64,000 nt of DNA from Macrostomum lignano. Taxonomy: Eukaryota. How positions within the stretch are numbered: position 1 is the first letter of the stretch; the number at the start of each line of letters is the position of its first letter. The translations under genes and the position numbers were made by a program. The notes under the pieces are model-generated. The model ran no database searches. It saw only the letters and a program-made list of their open reading frames with translations, and was not told where the DNA came from. Positions 49,863 to 62,400 of the stretch are shown one piece after another. Location: NCBI GenBank assembly GCA_002269645.1, contig NIVC01002260.1:79386-143385 (forward strand), in the 5' to 3' direction.

Positions 49863-50407
49863 CTAAGACCATTGTCAAGCACCTGCCTCTCCCACCAGAC
49901 TGTACGTACCGAACTTACCATCTGAGGATGTAAGAAGTTCATTTCCGCCAACACGAATGCTTAAAACAATATTGATGCGAAAAAATTGACCTGATTTATC
50001 CATAGTAAGCATATATGAGTTGATAGCTTATTCAACTTGACTGCTCTTCAATTTGAAAATAATGAAAATAGTATGAACTAATATACTTTTATTGCCCTCA
50101 CAAATAAAACTATGTACTTTACCATGTACTTACAAGTGACAATTCGATAAAAGAAAATTTTCTTTGATCTGTAGCGTAATTTTCGAAAAGCCTTTAGAAA
50201 AAAGTCGAAATGCCATGGCTAAAAAAATTAACGACCTGTCCAAATTAATTTTAGCGGTCATTTTGGTTACAGCAGCTCATCTACCCGGGCGGTCTGGTTC
50301 CCGGCATCCGTGAGGATCTTTTGCTTTGCTTGCTTTTCGTTCTGTGAGGGCAGTTCTGCAGTCCGAGGCCCTACCTGACCACCAGAGGGTGGCACTGTTT
50401 CAGGTTA

Positions 50408-50779
50408 GTGCTCGAGACCCTCCTGCTGTGCAACACCGAGACCTGGACGCTGACAGACTCACTTGAGCAGCTGCGCATCGCCTTCAAGATCGGCGACGAG
50501 CGAGTCACCAATGCGACACAGCATCGCCGCGCCGGCCGTGTCCGTCCAAGCCGCCTGTTGCGCCGTCAGCGACTCCAGCTGGCAGGCCACATCATCCGCG
50601 CCGAGTCGCACTGCCCGCAGCCGGTGCAGGAGGTGCTGCTGACGCTGCAGGCACCCTACTGGCAGGGACAGGCGCGGACTCGGCATTTCGTCGACTGCCT
50701 GCTGGCTGATGCCGGCGCCCCGGATTCGGTCGGCGGCGCGGCCTTCTTTCGCGAACCGGCTCAGAAGCGCGCCCTGTGA
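50408..50779 (+). mobile_element. 3' fragment of a non-LTR retrotransposon ORF (RTE-like, post-RT region)
   Basis: LLLCNTETWTLT...VTN...LRRQRLQLAGHIIR resembles the LLYGxETWTLT...RRLxWAGHVxR motif downstream of RT in RTE-type LINEs; internal deletion apparent. Confidence 0.7.
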
Positions 50780-50871
50780 CGCTGACTTCTAAAGACCCTG
50801 GCAGAGTATTTTGTTTTTTGTTGCAGTTTTAAATGGAACGGGGCTAACACTAAGGGGGGCGCCAGTATTTG

Positions 50872-51335
50872 GTGTCTTGGCGTCCCTGTGTCTTGGTTGG
50901 CGCCCTGTGTCTTGGTTGGCGCCCTGTGTCTTGGTTGGCGCCCTGTGTCTTGGTTGGCGCCCTGTGTCTTGATTGGCGTCCCTGTGTCTTGGTTGGCGCC
51001 CTGTGTCTTGATTGGCGTCCCTGTGTCTTGGTTGGCGTCCCTGTGTCTTGGTTGGCGCCCTTGTGTCTTGATTGGCGTCCCTGTGTCTTGGTTGGCGTCC
51101 CTGTGTCTTGGTTGGCGCCCTGTGTCTTGATTGGCGTCCCTATGTCTTGGTTGGCGTCCCTGTGTCTTGGTTGGCGCCCCTGTGTCTTGATTGGCGTCCC
51201 TGTGTCTTGATTGATGCCCCTGTGTCTTGATTGGCGTCCCTGTGTCTTGATTGATGCCCCTGTGTCTTGATTGGCGTCCCTGTGTCTTGACTGGCGTCCC
51301 TGTGTCTTGGTTGGCGCCCTGTGTCTTGGTGGGCG
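50872..51335. repeat. Minisatellite, 19-20 bp unit ttggcgtccctgtgtcttgg
   Basis: About 23 copies. Confidence 0.95.
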
Positions 51336-51977
51336 TCCCTGCCGCCCCCTGTCTCTTGGGCCGTTGAATGCCCCGTCCAAGATGTGACAAACCGTTCGCG
51401 ACTGCTTCGGTAGCAAGATGACTAGCTAACTGACTTGAGAATTTGATTGTTAGATAATGAAATAAGAAAAAAGGAAATATTTTTATTATCTTCTGAGCCA
51501 CATGTTTATACCCTTAGGTTACTTACCGGTACAAGGTCATCGACGCTAAAAAGTTCATGAAATACTGGCGACCAAACGGTTACGCTCGAGCAAACACGTA
51601 AATTGGGCCACTGCAATTCGTATTTCAGATGGACAGAATGAAATTTAAAAAAACACAACACGCGATCAAATTCCTGTGCAGTATCAAATTACGAGCGTAC
51701 GATAAAATCTTTCCAACTTTCTCCGGATTTCAGAGCCTTAAAATGCAAGTTCGTATTGGCATTTTTCTTTTTTTGTGAGCACAGAAACAGCTCAGACGTT
51801 CAATCTTGATATACGAGCTGCCACTTGGTTTCAATCGCAGTGGTTTCCGAATGTCCGTATGAATGATTCCCCAGAAGTCTGAGGCCTGGACCAATTGCAT
51901 CCCCATTTCCCACAGCTTGCAAAAGTCGGATGCTAAGTCCTAAACAGCTCAGGTAGCCTAGCAAAGTTTCAAAGCTA

Positions 51978-52690
51978 GTCAACTAATGTTCAAGGACTAC
52001 TCAAGTACGAGCTGGAAGGACGGGAAACTACGTTTCTTAGAAAAAGTTAAGGAGGCTGCAGTTTTCGCCGAAAAAAATACACTACGGAGATAGGAACTTT
52101 TCACGTTTTTTCATATTAAAATTGTTATTTCTTTTGATAGGAGGCAGAACTCATGCTCATCTTTTGATATGTTGTGCCTTTCTTATTGCTCTATTGATAT
52201 TCATAGAGCTTTTCGTTGAGAAAATCAGGATTCTATATTATTTTTTTTATTTTGCGTACATTTCCTGTACCTAAAAATCATAGAAACGCATGGCACAGTT
52301 TGACTCATTGGTTTTATGAACCTATTTTAGCATCTCTGTCACACATATTGCTACACAGTCAGCTAAGAATGATAGAATAGATTCATAACACCAATGAGCT
52401 GAGCCGAGATATGCAATTTGTACGTACAAGAAACATTTAACATGGAAGAATCCTAATTTTCTGAACGAAAAGCTTTATGAATGTCAATTGAGCTATAAGA
52501 AAGGCACAACATATCAAAAGATGAGCATTGGGTCTGTCTCCTATCGAAAGAAATAACAATTTTAATATGAAAGACGTGAAGAAAATCTCCGTAGTGTATT
52601 TTTTCGGCGAAAACCATGCAGCTCCTTAACTTTTTCTAAGAAACATAATTTCCCGTCCTTCTACTTGAGTTGTCCTTGACTTAACTTGAC
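51978..52690. mobile_element. Foldback/MITE-like element with about 255 bp inverted arms
   Basis: Left arm gtcaac...ttagaaaaagttaagga...atgctcatcttttgatatgttgtgcctttc... is the reverse complement of right arm 52443-52690. Confidence 0.7.
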
Positions 52691-53198
52691 TTGGCTGCAG
52701 GGCGTTCCGAAGACGCAGCGGGGAGGCGAGCGTCGCCCATTCCGCTAGCCCTGAAGTTGTCCCAGCTAATGTTGCGTTCAGTAGGAGTTGAGCAAAAGCA
52801 GACTTCTCGAAAAAAGAAACAGGCTCTCAAAAGTGACGCCTCGCCATGGTTTCGAGCGCTTCAGAGGCGCTGATCTGTGGAGGTGGGGTGGGTCAAAGAA
52901 ATTTGCAAGCAGAAGCAATTTCGACAAAAAATGCTGAGCGGACAGATTATTCAAGTGGGATCTCTGCCGCCCTGGCAACTGCTGCTGCGGCGGCCCGCTG
53001 CACTGCCTGCCAACTGAAGACTCGCTGTGGCGAGGATGAGAGGGGTGGGAGCCCAGTGCCAGTGTTTGGACAGCGAATGCGTCTCCCAGTCACCCAGAGC
53101 CCTGCGCGAGGCGAAGCCGTGGGTGGGGGGGGGACTGCAGCTCTTCGGCAACATGTGGAACTCGGGGCTCTCAAGAGCTGCGCCGTCGCCCCGCTATC

Positions 53199-53333
53199 CA
53201 CCTGTGGATCAACTGCTGCCCCCACCCTCCTCGGACACCCCGGCTTCTACAAGCTGATAAATTCGGGCCCCTTCCACGCTTGCTGTGTGGATCCAACTCT
53301 TTCCTGAGCGACACTGCTGACGTATCGGTAAGT
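53199..53333 (+). promoter_or_regulatory. Putative core promoter and non-coding first exon of gene B
   Basis: cacctgtggatc 53199-53210 (same motif as gene A), degenerate tctacaag at the TATA-equivalent position, donor GTAAGT at 53328, acceptor at 53416. Confidence 0.45.
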
Positions 53334-53424
53334 TTCAATGCTTTCACTGGAAGCATAACTCTGTCTCCTGAGTTCCCTTTGCTTGAGTCATGCCAAGTTT
53401 TTCCGTTGCTTTGCAGACAACAAG

Positions 53425-56400
53425 ATGCGTCTCACAGTGCTGTTTCTTCTTTCTGTTTGTCTTTTTCTTGCGCTAACCAGCGACGTTGGAGAGTCCTGGG
53501 GGTGAGTTTGAGTCATATTTTTGTCTTCGAATCATTCCTGCCCTTATTTTTAACAGCAGGCTTTTTCAATTAGCGTTGAAGGTGCTGAACAATCCTAACG
53601 CCTTTTTTCCACTCGCTTTCAGATGCGGATGGGCGTGCAAACGCATGCGTCGCATCCGAGCGAGAGCCGCCAGGCTGAGGCGGCTGGCGATTCAGAGGGC
53701 CAGGGCCCTCAGGCGCCGCATCTTGCTGGCTCGGCGGAGAGCAGCCAGAGCTGCGGCAAGAGCGCGGGCCAGAGCCAGAGCTTGGGCTCGAGCCAGGGCC
53801 AGAGCTGCTGCTAGAGCCAGGGCCAGAGCCAGGGCCATTGCTAGAGCCAGGGCTAGAGCTTTAGCCAAACGGTTGGCAAGAGCCCGCGCAAGAGCTCGCG
53901 CAATTGCAAGAGCCAGAGCTAGAGCTTTGGCCAGACGTGTGGCAAGAGCACGCGCAAGAGCTCGCGCAATCGCTAGAGCCAAGGCTAAAGCTTTGGCCAG
54001 GCGTGTGGCAAGAGCACGCGCAAGAGCTCGCGCCAAGGCAAGGGCTTTGGCCAGAGCAGCGGCTAGAGCAGCGGCCAGAGCAAGGGCCAGAGCTAAAGCT
54101 CGTGCCCGGGCCATCGCCAGGCGGTTGGCAAAAGCACGAGCCAGAGCTAGAGCAATCGCTAGAGCCAGGGCTAGAGCTTTGGCCAGACGTTTGGCAAGAG
54201 CTCGCGCAAGAGCTCGCGCAATCGCCAAAGCCAGGGCTAGGGCTTTGGCCAAGGCAGCGGCGAGAGCAAGGGCCAGAGCCAGAGCTCGTGCCCGGGCCGT
54301 CGCCAGAGCCTTGGCACGTGCTAAAGCTAGAGCCCGGGCTAAGGCAAGAGCTGTGGCTAGAGCATTGGCTAGAGCAAGAGCCAGAACGAGAGCACTGGCC
54401 CGAGCAAAAGCCAGAGCCCTGGCCAGGGCAGTGGCCAGAGCCAAAGCTAGAGCAAGAGCCAGAGCTAAAGCATTGGCCAGAGCCAAAGCCCTAATTCGTG
54501 CCCGAGCCCGATCTTTGGCGGCGGCGGCGGCGAGAGTAAAAGCAAGAGCCACAGCCCGAGCGAGAGCCTGGGCCAGGAGACGAGCTCTAGCCCTGAAGCG
54601 AGCCAAAGCCACAGCGAGACGAAGAGCCAGAGCTCTGGCCAGGGCCGTCGCTAAAGCAAGTAGAAGAGCAAAAGCTTTAGCTAGAGCCAAGGCTAGAAGA
54701 GTGGCCAGAGCGGCGGCAAGAGCGGCGAAGAAGATTCGAGACTGGTTCCGAAGGCGGGCCAAGCGCGGAAGAATCATCAAGAGATCAATCTACCGTCGTG
54801 TGAAGCGGCTCAAAACCCGTTTTGTCAAGTTCGTCAAGCGTCTGTTCCGCAAATGCCCACGAGGATACAAGAAGCGTGGAAATCGTTGCTACCGCCTTTA
54901 CTGCCCGAAGCCGTACGTCCGCCGAGGCGCCCGGTGCGTTCGCTACTACCGAATCTACAAGCCCCGAAAATGGTGCCCCAAAGGTTTCCGTCGAAGAGGC
55001 AGCCGGTGCATCAAGCGCATGCGCATCATCTGCGCAGCTGGCTATCGAGTTTACCGCGGCAGATGTCACCTGGTCCGGTGCCGTCGTGGATTCATCAAGA
55101 TCGGTAGAAGCTGCCGCCGCAGCTGCAAGCCCGGATTCCGACTCCGTGGCCGTTTTTGCGTTCGCTATCGCTTCCGATGCCCCAAGAACTTTTATTACCA
55201 TCGAAGGCGCTGCGTCCGATTCCGCCGAGGATCGACAAGGTAATTTTTGAAACTGCGAGTAGCATAGCATTTGAAATTGTTGCAATGCAAACCTAAGATG
55301 CGCGTGCAATTTTTTACTGTAGATGCCCGAGAGGATACCGCAGGAGAGGCAGAAAGTGCTTGCGCACCGTTCGATCGTGCCCGCTTAACTACCGCCGCCG
55401 AGGCAGGCGGTGTGTCAAGCGCTGTGCAAGCGGCCGGGTGCCTCGGCGCATTCGCCGCGGAGTGATCAGGTGCGTTGTCGTCACGTCCAAGTGCCCACTC
55501 GGTTACAGTCTGCGACGCGTGCGACGCGGAAGGCGCTACAGGTACTTTCCTTTAGTAGCAAATGTGAATACAAGATACTTTAAGAACAAAATAAATACTA
55601 AGTATTACATCTGCTTCAGGTTCCGCTGCGTCATCAATGCTGGAAGATGTGCACGTGGATTCAGACGAGTCAAGCGATACAGACGTGGCTTTTCTTGCGT
55701 TCGCATTGTCTGCCCGAGACACTACAGGAAACGCGGATCTCGATGCGTCTACCGACCACCCAAGGGTGGCAGCCGAAGATGTCCGGCAGGTTACAAAAAG
55801 GTGCGAGGCGTCTGCAAGAAGCTGAACTGCCCGGCCGGCTACGTGCGCAGGGGATCGCGCTGTGTGCACACCAGGTGCCCCCGTTTCTACCGCCGAGTGG
55901 GCAGATTCTGTGCCCGGATACGCTTTGTTGGCAAATGCCCAAGAGGCTGGCGCAGGACTGGCCGTCTCTGCCGCAGACGTGTGTGCCCGAGCGGCTTCAA
56001 GAAAGTTGGTCGCTACTGCATGCGTAAGTCCTTAACATAAATTGCAGTTCTCACTAAAGATGCAGTCACTTGAGCACTGGGTAATGCAGATAACCCACAA
56101 CGCTTTAGCGATTTGAATCAAATAGAAATAGAATTGCGGCTTGCGATTTGCGGATATTTTATCCGACCGAACCAATTTTTCAATAAATATTTACAGGAAA
56201 ATCCTGTCCATCTGGATTTGTCCGACGTGGTCGGGCTTGCTACAGAGGTGAGTTGATCCAAGCTCCTAATTGATGAATGATTCTCAGTTTTTCGAGTAAA
56301 GCGCGCAGCGACAGTTATTAAATATTGTTTTAATATTAAAATTTTAGCCCGATGCGCTCGCGGCTTCAAAAAGATGGGAAGCGTGTGCATCAGTGAGTGA

Positions 56401-59400
56401 CTGACGGTTTTGATTTAAGTTTTAGTTTTGAACCAGTGTACAGAACGCATTATTGTAACGAATTTAATTATTCGCCCTCCAGGACGCTGTCCAAGCGGCA
56501 CCAGAACGACGCGGTATTTCTGCATCCGCAAGCGTTGCCCGAAATTCTTCAGGCGCGTTGGGCAGAGCTGCGTTAGAGGTTTGATGATCTTGATGCTGAC
56601 TAGATATCTTAACAATGCTGGATTAGATCTGTGCAGACAATAGTTCAAGAAATTTTCACCTGTTCCTTATGATGACCTACTTCAGCTCGCTGTCCCTCCG
56701 GCTACGTGGCCCGCTCCTACCGCACTAGAGTGTATCTCAAGCATCGTGTTACCGGATACACCAAGAAGTGCACCTGCATTAATGGCAAATCAAGTGCCAA
56801 GCCACGGGCAAACTCCATCGATGTGGCTTTTGTAGTTGACGTGAGCGGCAGCATGGGCCGAGTCATCAGCGCCATCAAGAAAAACATTGTCAACGTCATC
56901 AACGTCAACGCTAAGTCCAGAGTGGTACGTAAAATAAAATCAGCGGAAATTCCCCCTCATCCATCAGGACAATTTGAAAATGATTAATCTTAACCTTCCA
57001 CTGTGTCTCCTCAATTCAGGTGGACAAATTCATTCTCGTGCCGTTCGCGGACCCAAAAGTGGGACCAGTGACAATCAGCAGAGGTCGGTCCCGCCTGCAC
57101 AAGAGCAGGCTTATCAAAGCGGTCAGGCGCATGCGAGCCAGCGGTGGCGGCGACTGTCCGGAGATGAGCCAGTCCGGCATGTACGAGGCGCTCCGGCGCG
57201 TCAAGCGAAACTCCATCGTCTACGTGTTCACTGATGCCAGTCCGTCGAGACGAGACAAACGGTTGGAAATTTCACTACTTGATTAAACAGTTATCTTTAA
57301 AATATTTGCTACAAATAAACAATCATGCAATAAACCCTTCTAGTCTAGTGCAACAAGAAAATGAAGTAAAAATAAACCATTTGAAACTCCTATTACAGAC
57401 GACAGGCCGACGTGCTCCGGCTGTCGAAGAGCAAAAACGTGCAGCTCAACTTCCTGCTCACCGGTCCAATGTGCGGCAAAAGGAATTCGTACAAAAACTT
57501 GTCAAAGAAATCGAAAGGTGCCTGGATCAAAATGAAAAGGTCGACAACGTACCGCGTTTTGCGCTTCCTCAGCAAGGCCATCCCCAAGGGCGCCACCGCT
57601 CTGAGGATGCTGAACCGGCGCGGACTATCCTCATTCATCAAAGCAAGGAAAACATGCACTTGCCACCGCATTGCCAGAATGAAGGCCCGTTACAAGTACG
57701 TCAGCTCGGTGAAATGCTTTGTCAGGCCTCGGCCAAGCACTGGCCGCTGCTCCAGAATCCTGAACCAGCGAAGGCGACTAAGACGCGCGGCCCAGCTTTA
57801 CCGGCGTCGCATGCGAATTGGCAGGCGGTCAGCGCGGCGAAGAAGCGCCAGGCGATTCCGGGCAGTCAGAAAGCAACTGCGAGCGATTGCAAGAAACCTG
57901 AGACGCTGCTACAGAAGCAAAACAAGAAGTAAGACGGGCAGCTTCAAAATTTTCAAAATATAAAATTATTTAAATGCTAAGGAAAATTCAGAATTAAAAA
58001 AACTATATTTTCGTCAAAGTACTCTCTTGCAAAAGGAACTAACAAAAAGTCACTAGGATTAAGTTCTAGAGTGGAGTGTATGAGACCAGTATATTATATA
58101 ATGCTGTGTCAATCTACAGAATAGTTGAAGCAAAGAGACTGATGAAGAAAACATAAAACTCGTTTCTTTTTAATAACCTTCAGATTTGTGCAGAAAGGTC
58201 AGATGCGGACGGGGTAGACGCTGTTTCGTCCGAAACATGCGCCGCCGTTTCGGATCTGTCTACCGCTACGTCAGAACCGCATCCTGCAGGCCTGTCAGGA
58301 GTAAGAATTTTTTTGTAATCCTTCTGGTTCATTCAAGTATTTTAAGGAGACAAATTCAGTCTCTGAATAACATCACTTTGTGGCAAAAACTGTTTTATAG
58401 ATCTGTGCAGAAGAGTCCGGTGCAAGTCGGGTTATCGGTGCCGAGTTTCATACCAGCGCAGAATAGTGACCCGCAGGGTGACTCGATTCGTCAGAAAGTG
58501 TCCATGCCGCAAGGTCCTGGTTAAGCCATCCGCCTCCAAAAAGAAGACAGGCCTGGTCGACATGGCGTTCGTTGTAGATACCACAGGAAGCATGGGCAGA
58601 GTCATCAAAGGAATCCGGTCAAGCATCAAGCAGATTGTGGCTGCAAACAGGCGTACAGTCAGTCGCTTCGTCATCTCTGCTTTCAATGATCCAAAGGTAA
58701 GGATTAAAACACAACAAGTGAAGTATGGACTCTCCAATCCCAATAACAGAAAATACAATGACACTTGGGATCAACGTCGTTTTTTTTCAGGTTGGTCCAA
58801 TTACTGTCAGCTCAAGAGCCAGAACAATTTTTGCCGCAGTGAACAGACTTAAACCCAGAGGAGGTGGCGACTGTCCTGAAAGGAGCATGAGCGGTATTCT
58901 TGCTGCCGCTAAGCGAGTGAAGTCCGGATCGGTCATCTACGTGTTCACGGATGCAAGCGCAAAAGACAGAGGAAGGAGGCGTCAAGTAAGCTAATGGATA
59001 AGTTATTGTGTTCAGTTTCTGATTAGTAGTCCTTGGCAACTGCACAAAAGGTTTCCTGTTTTTAAAAAAAATGCATACTTTCCACTACTTTCAGGTTCGA
59101 GAAATTGTGAAACGGAAGTCCCTCCAAGTGATGTTCATCATCACAGGTCGATTGTGCGGCCGAAGCTACCGCAAGGAGTACCAATATGTGTCGAGAGGCA
59201 ACGGCCGGGTTATAAAAACAACAAGTGGACGCATCAAGAAGGTGCTCAGCTTCATCCAAAAAGCGGTCAAGTTAGGAAGCCGCCGACTGAGGCGCTTGAA
59301 CCTCTCTCACCTGTCGAAGTTCATCCGCAAGTGCCACTGTCGCCGCGTCAAACAGAGGGTCACAAGAAGATACACTAGAACCAGGCGAGTGGCCAAGTGC

Positions 59401-62400
59401 ACAAAGAGACCAAAGGGAGCTTGCTCATCGCGAAGATGCAGTAAGGGCTACAAGTGTGTGCACTATCGAGTAAAAACACGTCGAGGCAGCGGACTTAAAA
59501 CACGATGTGTCAGCATCAATAGTGAGTATTTCTTCTCCAATATAACCCTGCCTCTTCACTAAACTTTAACCTTTGCTCAAAAACTCAACAAAACTTTCTC
59601 TAGACCCATGCAAGAAAATGCGTTGTCAGAAAGGACGCAAATGCATTGTGCGCTTCTTCGGAAGAGTCTACAAAAAAGGAAAACGGCGTGTTAAGTTGGT
59701 GCGCAAAAAAGCCGTCTGCGTCAAGCGAATATCAAGTAAGATATATTTAATAGGCTGAAAAACTTTGACCTGTAAGAATAATTGCAACACTTCAACATCA
59801 TCAAAAACCTGTAGACCTGTGCAGAAGAGTTCGTTGTGGAAGATACAGGCGCTGCATTGTCCGAAGACTGAGAAGAGGATCACGACGCATGGTAGCACGA
59901 TGTGTAGGTCCAAAGCCAAAAGGTAAGCTCTAAGCAGAAAAATTGGTATTTTAAATTCATCTTGAGCCAGCTAAAACTTTTGCCCCAGTGCGAGACTCCA
60001 CTCACTTGGTAGGCAAACGCCACTCAAAATATTAAAGACGAAAAACAATTATTGCACGATTATTCCTAGTAACAATCGAATAACTAGGTAGGCAGGCAAA
60101 GAAACAAAAAAAAATCAACTCCACTTTGCGCAGTGTAAAAACAAGAAAAAAACATTTTAAAAACTTACAGGTAAGTGCGGCCGACGAACCTGCCGAAGGA
60201 ACCAGAAGTGCGTGACACGAAGATCTAGCAGGCGAATCCGAAGCCTCAGAAGAAGCATCAACAAACTGCGACGAGCTCACAAGAGCAGGACTGTCGCCGA
60301 GAGACGACGACATGCAGCCTCCATCCGAAAGAGCCGAACACCAGCTCGCTACCGCCGTAAGCAATACTACTGAAACTGCTTTATTTATTTGCTTTCGGTT
60401 GTTTACGAGTATATCACGCTTTTACGAACGGTGCATTATTTACCGCTTCAGGAGTGCGAGTGAAGCACGCTTGCGAGGGCAAATCTCTGACCATCAGATG
60501 TCCATCCAGATACGTCATCCGGGTGCTGCGCGGATTCTATGGCAGAACATCGAACAAATACTGCGCTCGAGGACCCCGCAAGACATACAAGTGCAGCAGC
60601 GGCCGAGCCAACAAAGTCATCGCTTCCAAGTGCAACAACCGACGAGCGTGCAGGGTGCGAAGCAACAACGCCGTCTTCGGAGATCCTTGCCGCGGAACAT
60701 ACAAGTACATGACCGTGAGATACAGATGCCAGCTGGCTTCATCGGTTGTGTCTAGCTACGCGAAGCGCAGAGCTCGACTTGCACGACTGCACAAGAAACG
60801 ATTGAACGCTCTTCGATCGAGGCACAGGCGCAGAGTCGCTCGCTGATCCGACTGCTGAGACGAGCTAGACGAGGATCGAAGAGATGCGTCCGAAGGAGAC
60901 GACCTTCCAGAGGTTAGTCGGCTATTCGGTCGACCGTTTATTAAAATCAAAAAACTACAGAAGTAAACTATTGATGCCCCACCTAGTAAATTGCTTCCTC
61001 AAATATCTAGTGAGACTTTGAGCTACGGATTTTAGAGTTGAAGCACTTTCACCCAAGTTCATACGTTGCTCCTCACCGAAATACAACATACTCAGGCAAG
61101 AAATGCGGCCGACGAACCTGCCGAAGGAACCAGAAGTGCGTGACACGAAGATCTAGCAGGCGAATCCGAAGCCTCAGAAGAAGCATCAACAAACTGCGAC
61201 GAGCTCACAAGAGCAGGACTGTCGCCGAGAGACGACGACATGCAGCCTCCATCCGAAAGAGCCGAACACCAGCTCGCTACCGCCGTAAGCAATACTACTG
61301 AAACTGCTTTATTTATTTGCTTTCGGTTGTTTACGAGTATATCACGCTTTTACGAACGGTGCATTATTTACCGCTTCAGGAGTGCGAGTGAAGCACGCTT
61401 GCGAGGGCAAATCTCTGACCATCAGATGTCCATCCAGATACGTCATCCGGGTGCTGCGCGGATTCTATGGCAGAACATCGAACAAATACTGCGCTCGAGG
61501 ACCCCGCAAGACATACAAGTGCAGCAGCGGCCGAGCCAACAAAGTCATCGCTTCCAAGTGCAACAACCGACGAGCGTGCAGGGTGCGAAGCAACAACGCC
61601 GTCTTCGGAGATCCTTGCCGCGGAACATACAAGTACATGACCGTGAGTACAGATGCCAGCTGGCTTCATCGGTTGTGTCTAGCTACGCGAAGCGCAGAGC
61701 TCGACTTGCACGACTGCACAAGAAACGATTGAACGCTCTTCGATCGAGGCACAGGCGCAGAGTCGCTCGGCTGATCCGACTGCTGAGACGAGCTAGACGA
61801 GGATCGAAGAGATGCGTCCGAAGGAGACGACCTTCCAGAGGTTAGTCGGCTATTCGGTCGACCGTTTATTAAAATCAAAATAACTACAGAAGTAAACTAT
61901 TGATGCCCCACCTAGTAAATTGCTTCCTCAAATATCTAGTGAGACTTTGAGCTACGGATTTTAGAGTTGAAGCACTTTCACCCAAGTTCATACGTTGCTC
62001 CTCACCGAAATACAACATACTCAGGCAAGAAATGCGGCCGACGAACCTGCCGAAGGAACCAGAAGTGCGTGACACGAAGATCTAGCAGGCGAATCCGAAG
62101 CCTCAGAAGAAGCATCAACAAACTGCGACGAGCTCACAAGAGCAGGACTGTCGCCGAGAGACGACGACATGCAGCCTCCATCCGAAAGAGCCGAACACCA
62201 GCTCGCTACCGCCGTAAGCAATACTACTGAAACTGCTTTATTTATTTGCTTTCGGTTGTTTACGAGTATATCACGCTTTTACGAACGGTGCATTATTTAC
62301 CGCTTCAGGAGTGCGAGTGAAGCACGCTTGCGAGGGCAAATCTCTGACCATCAGATGTCCATCCAGATACGTCATCCGGGTGCTGCGCGGTTTCTATGGC

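Noticed and set aside
45136-53425. Genes A and B as one continuous gene
   Set aside because: Gene A has a stop (45136) and AATAAA (45217); gene B has its own first exon and signal peptide
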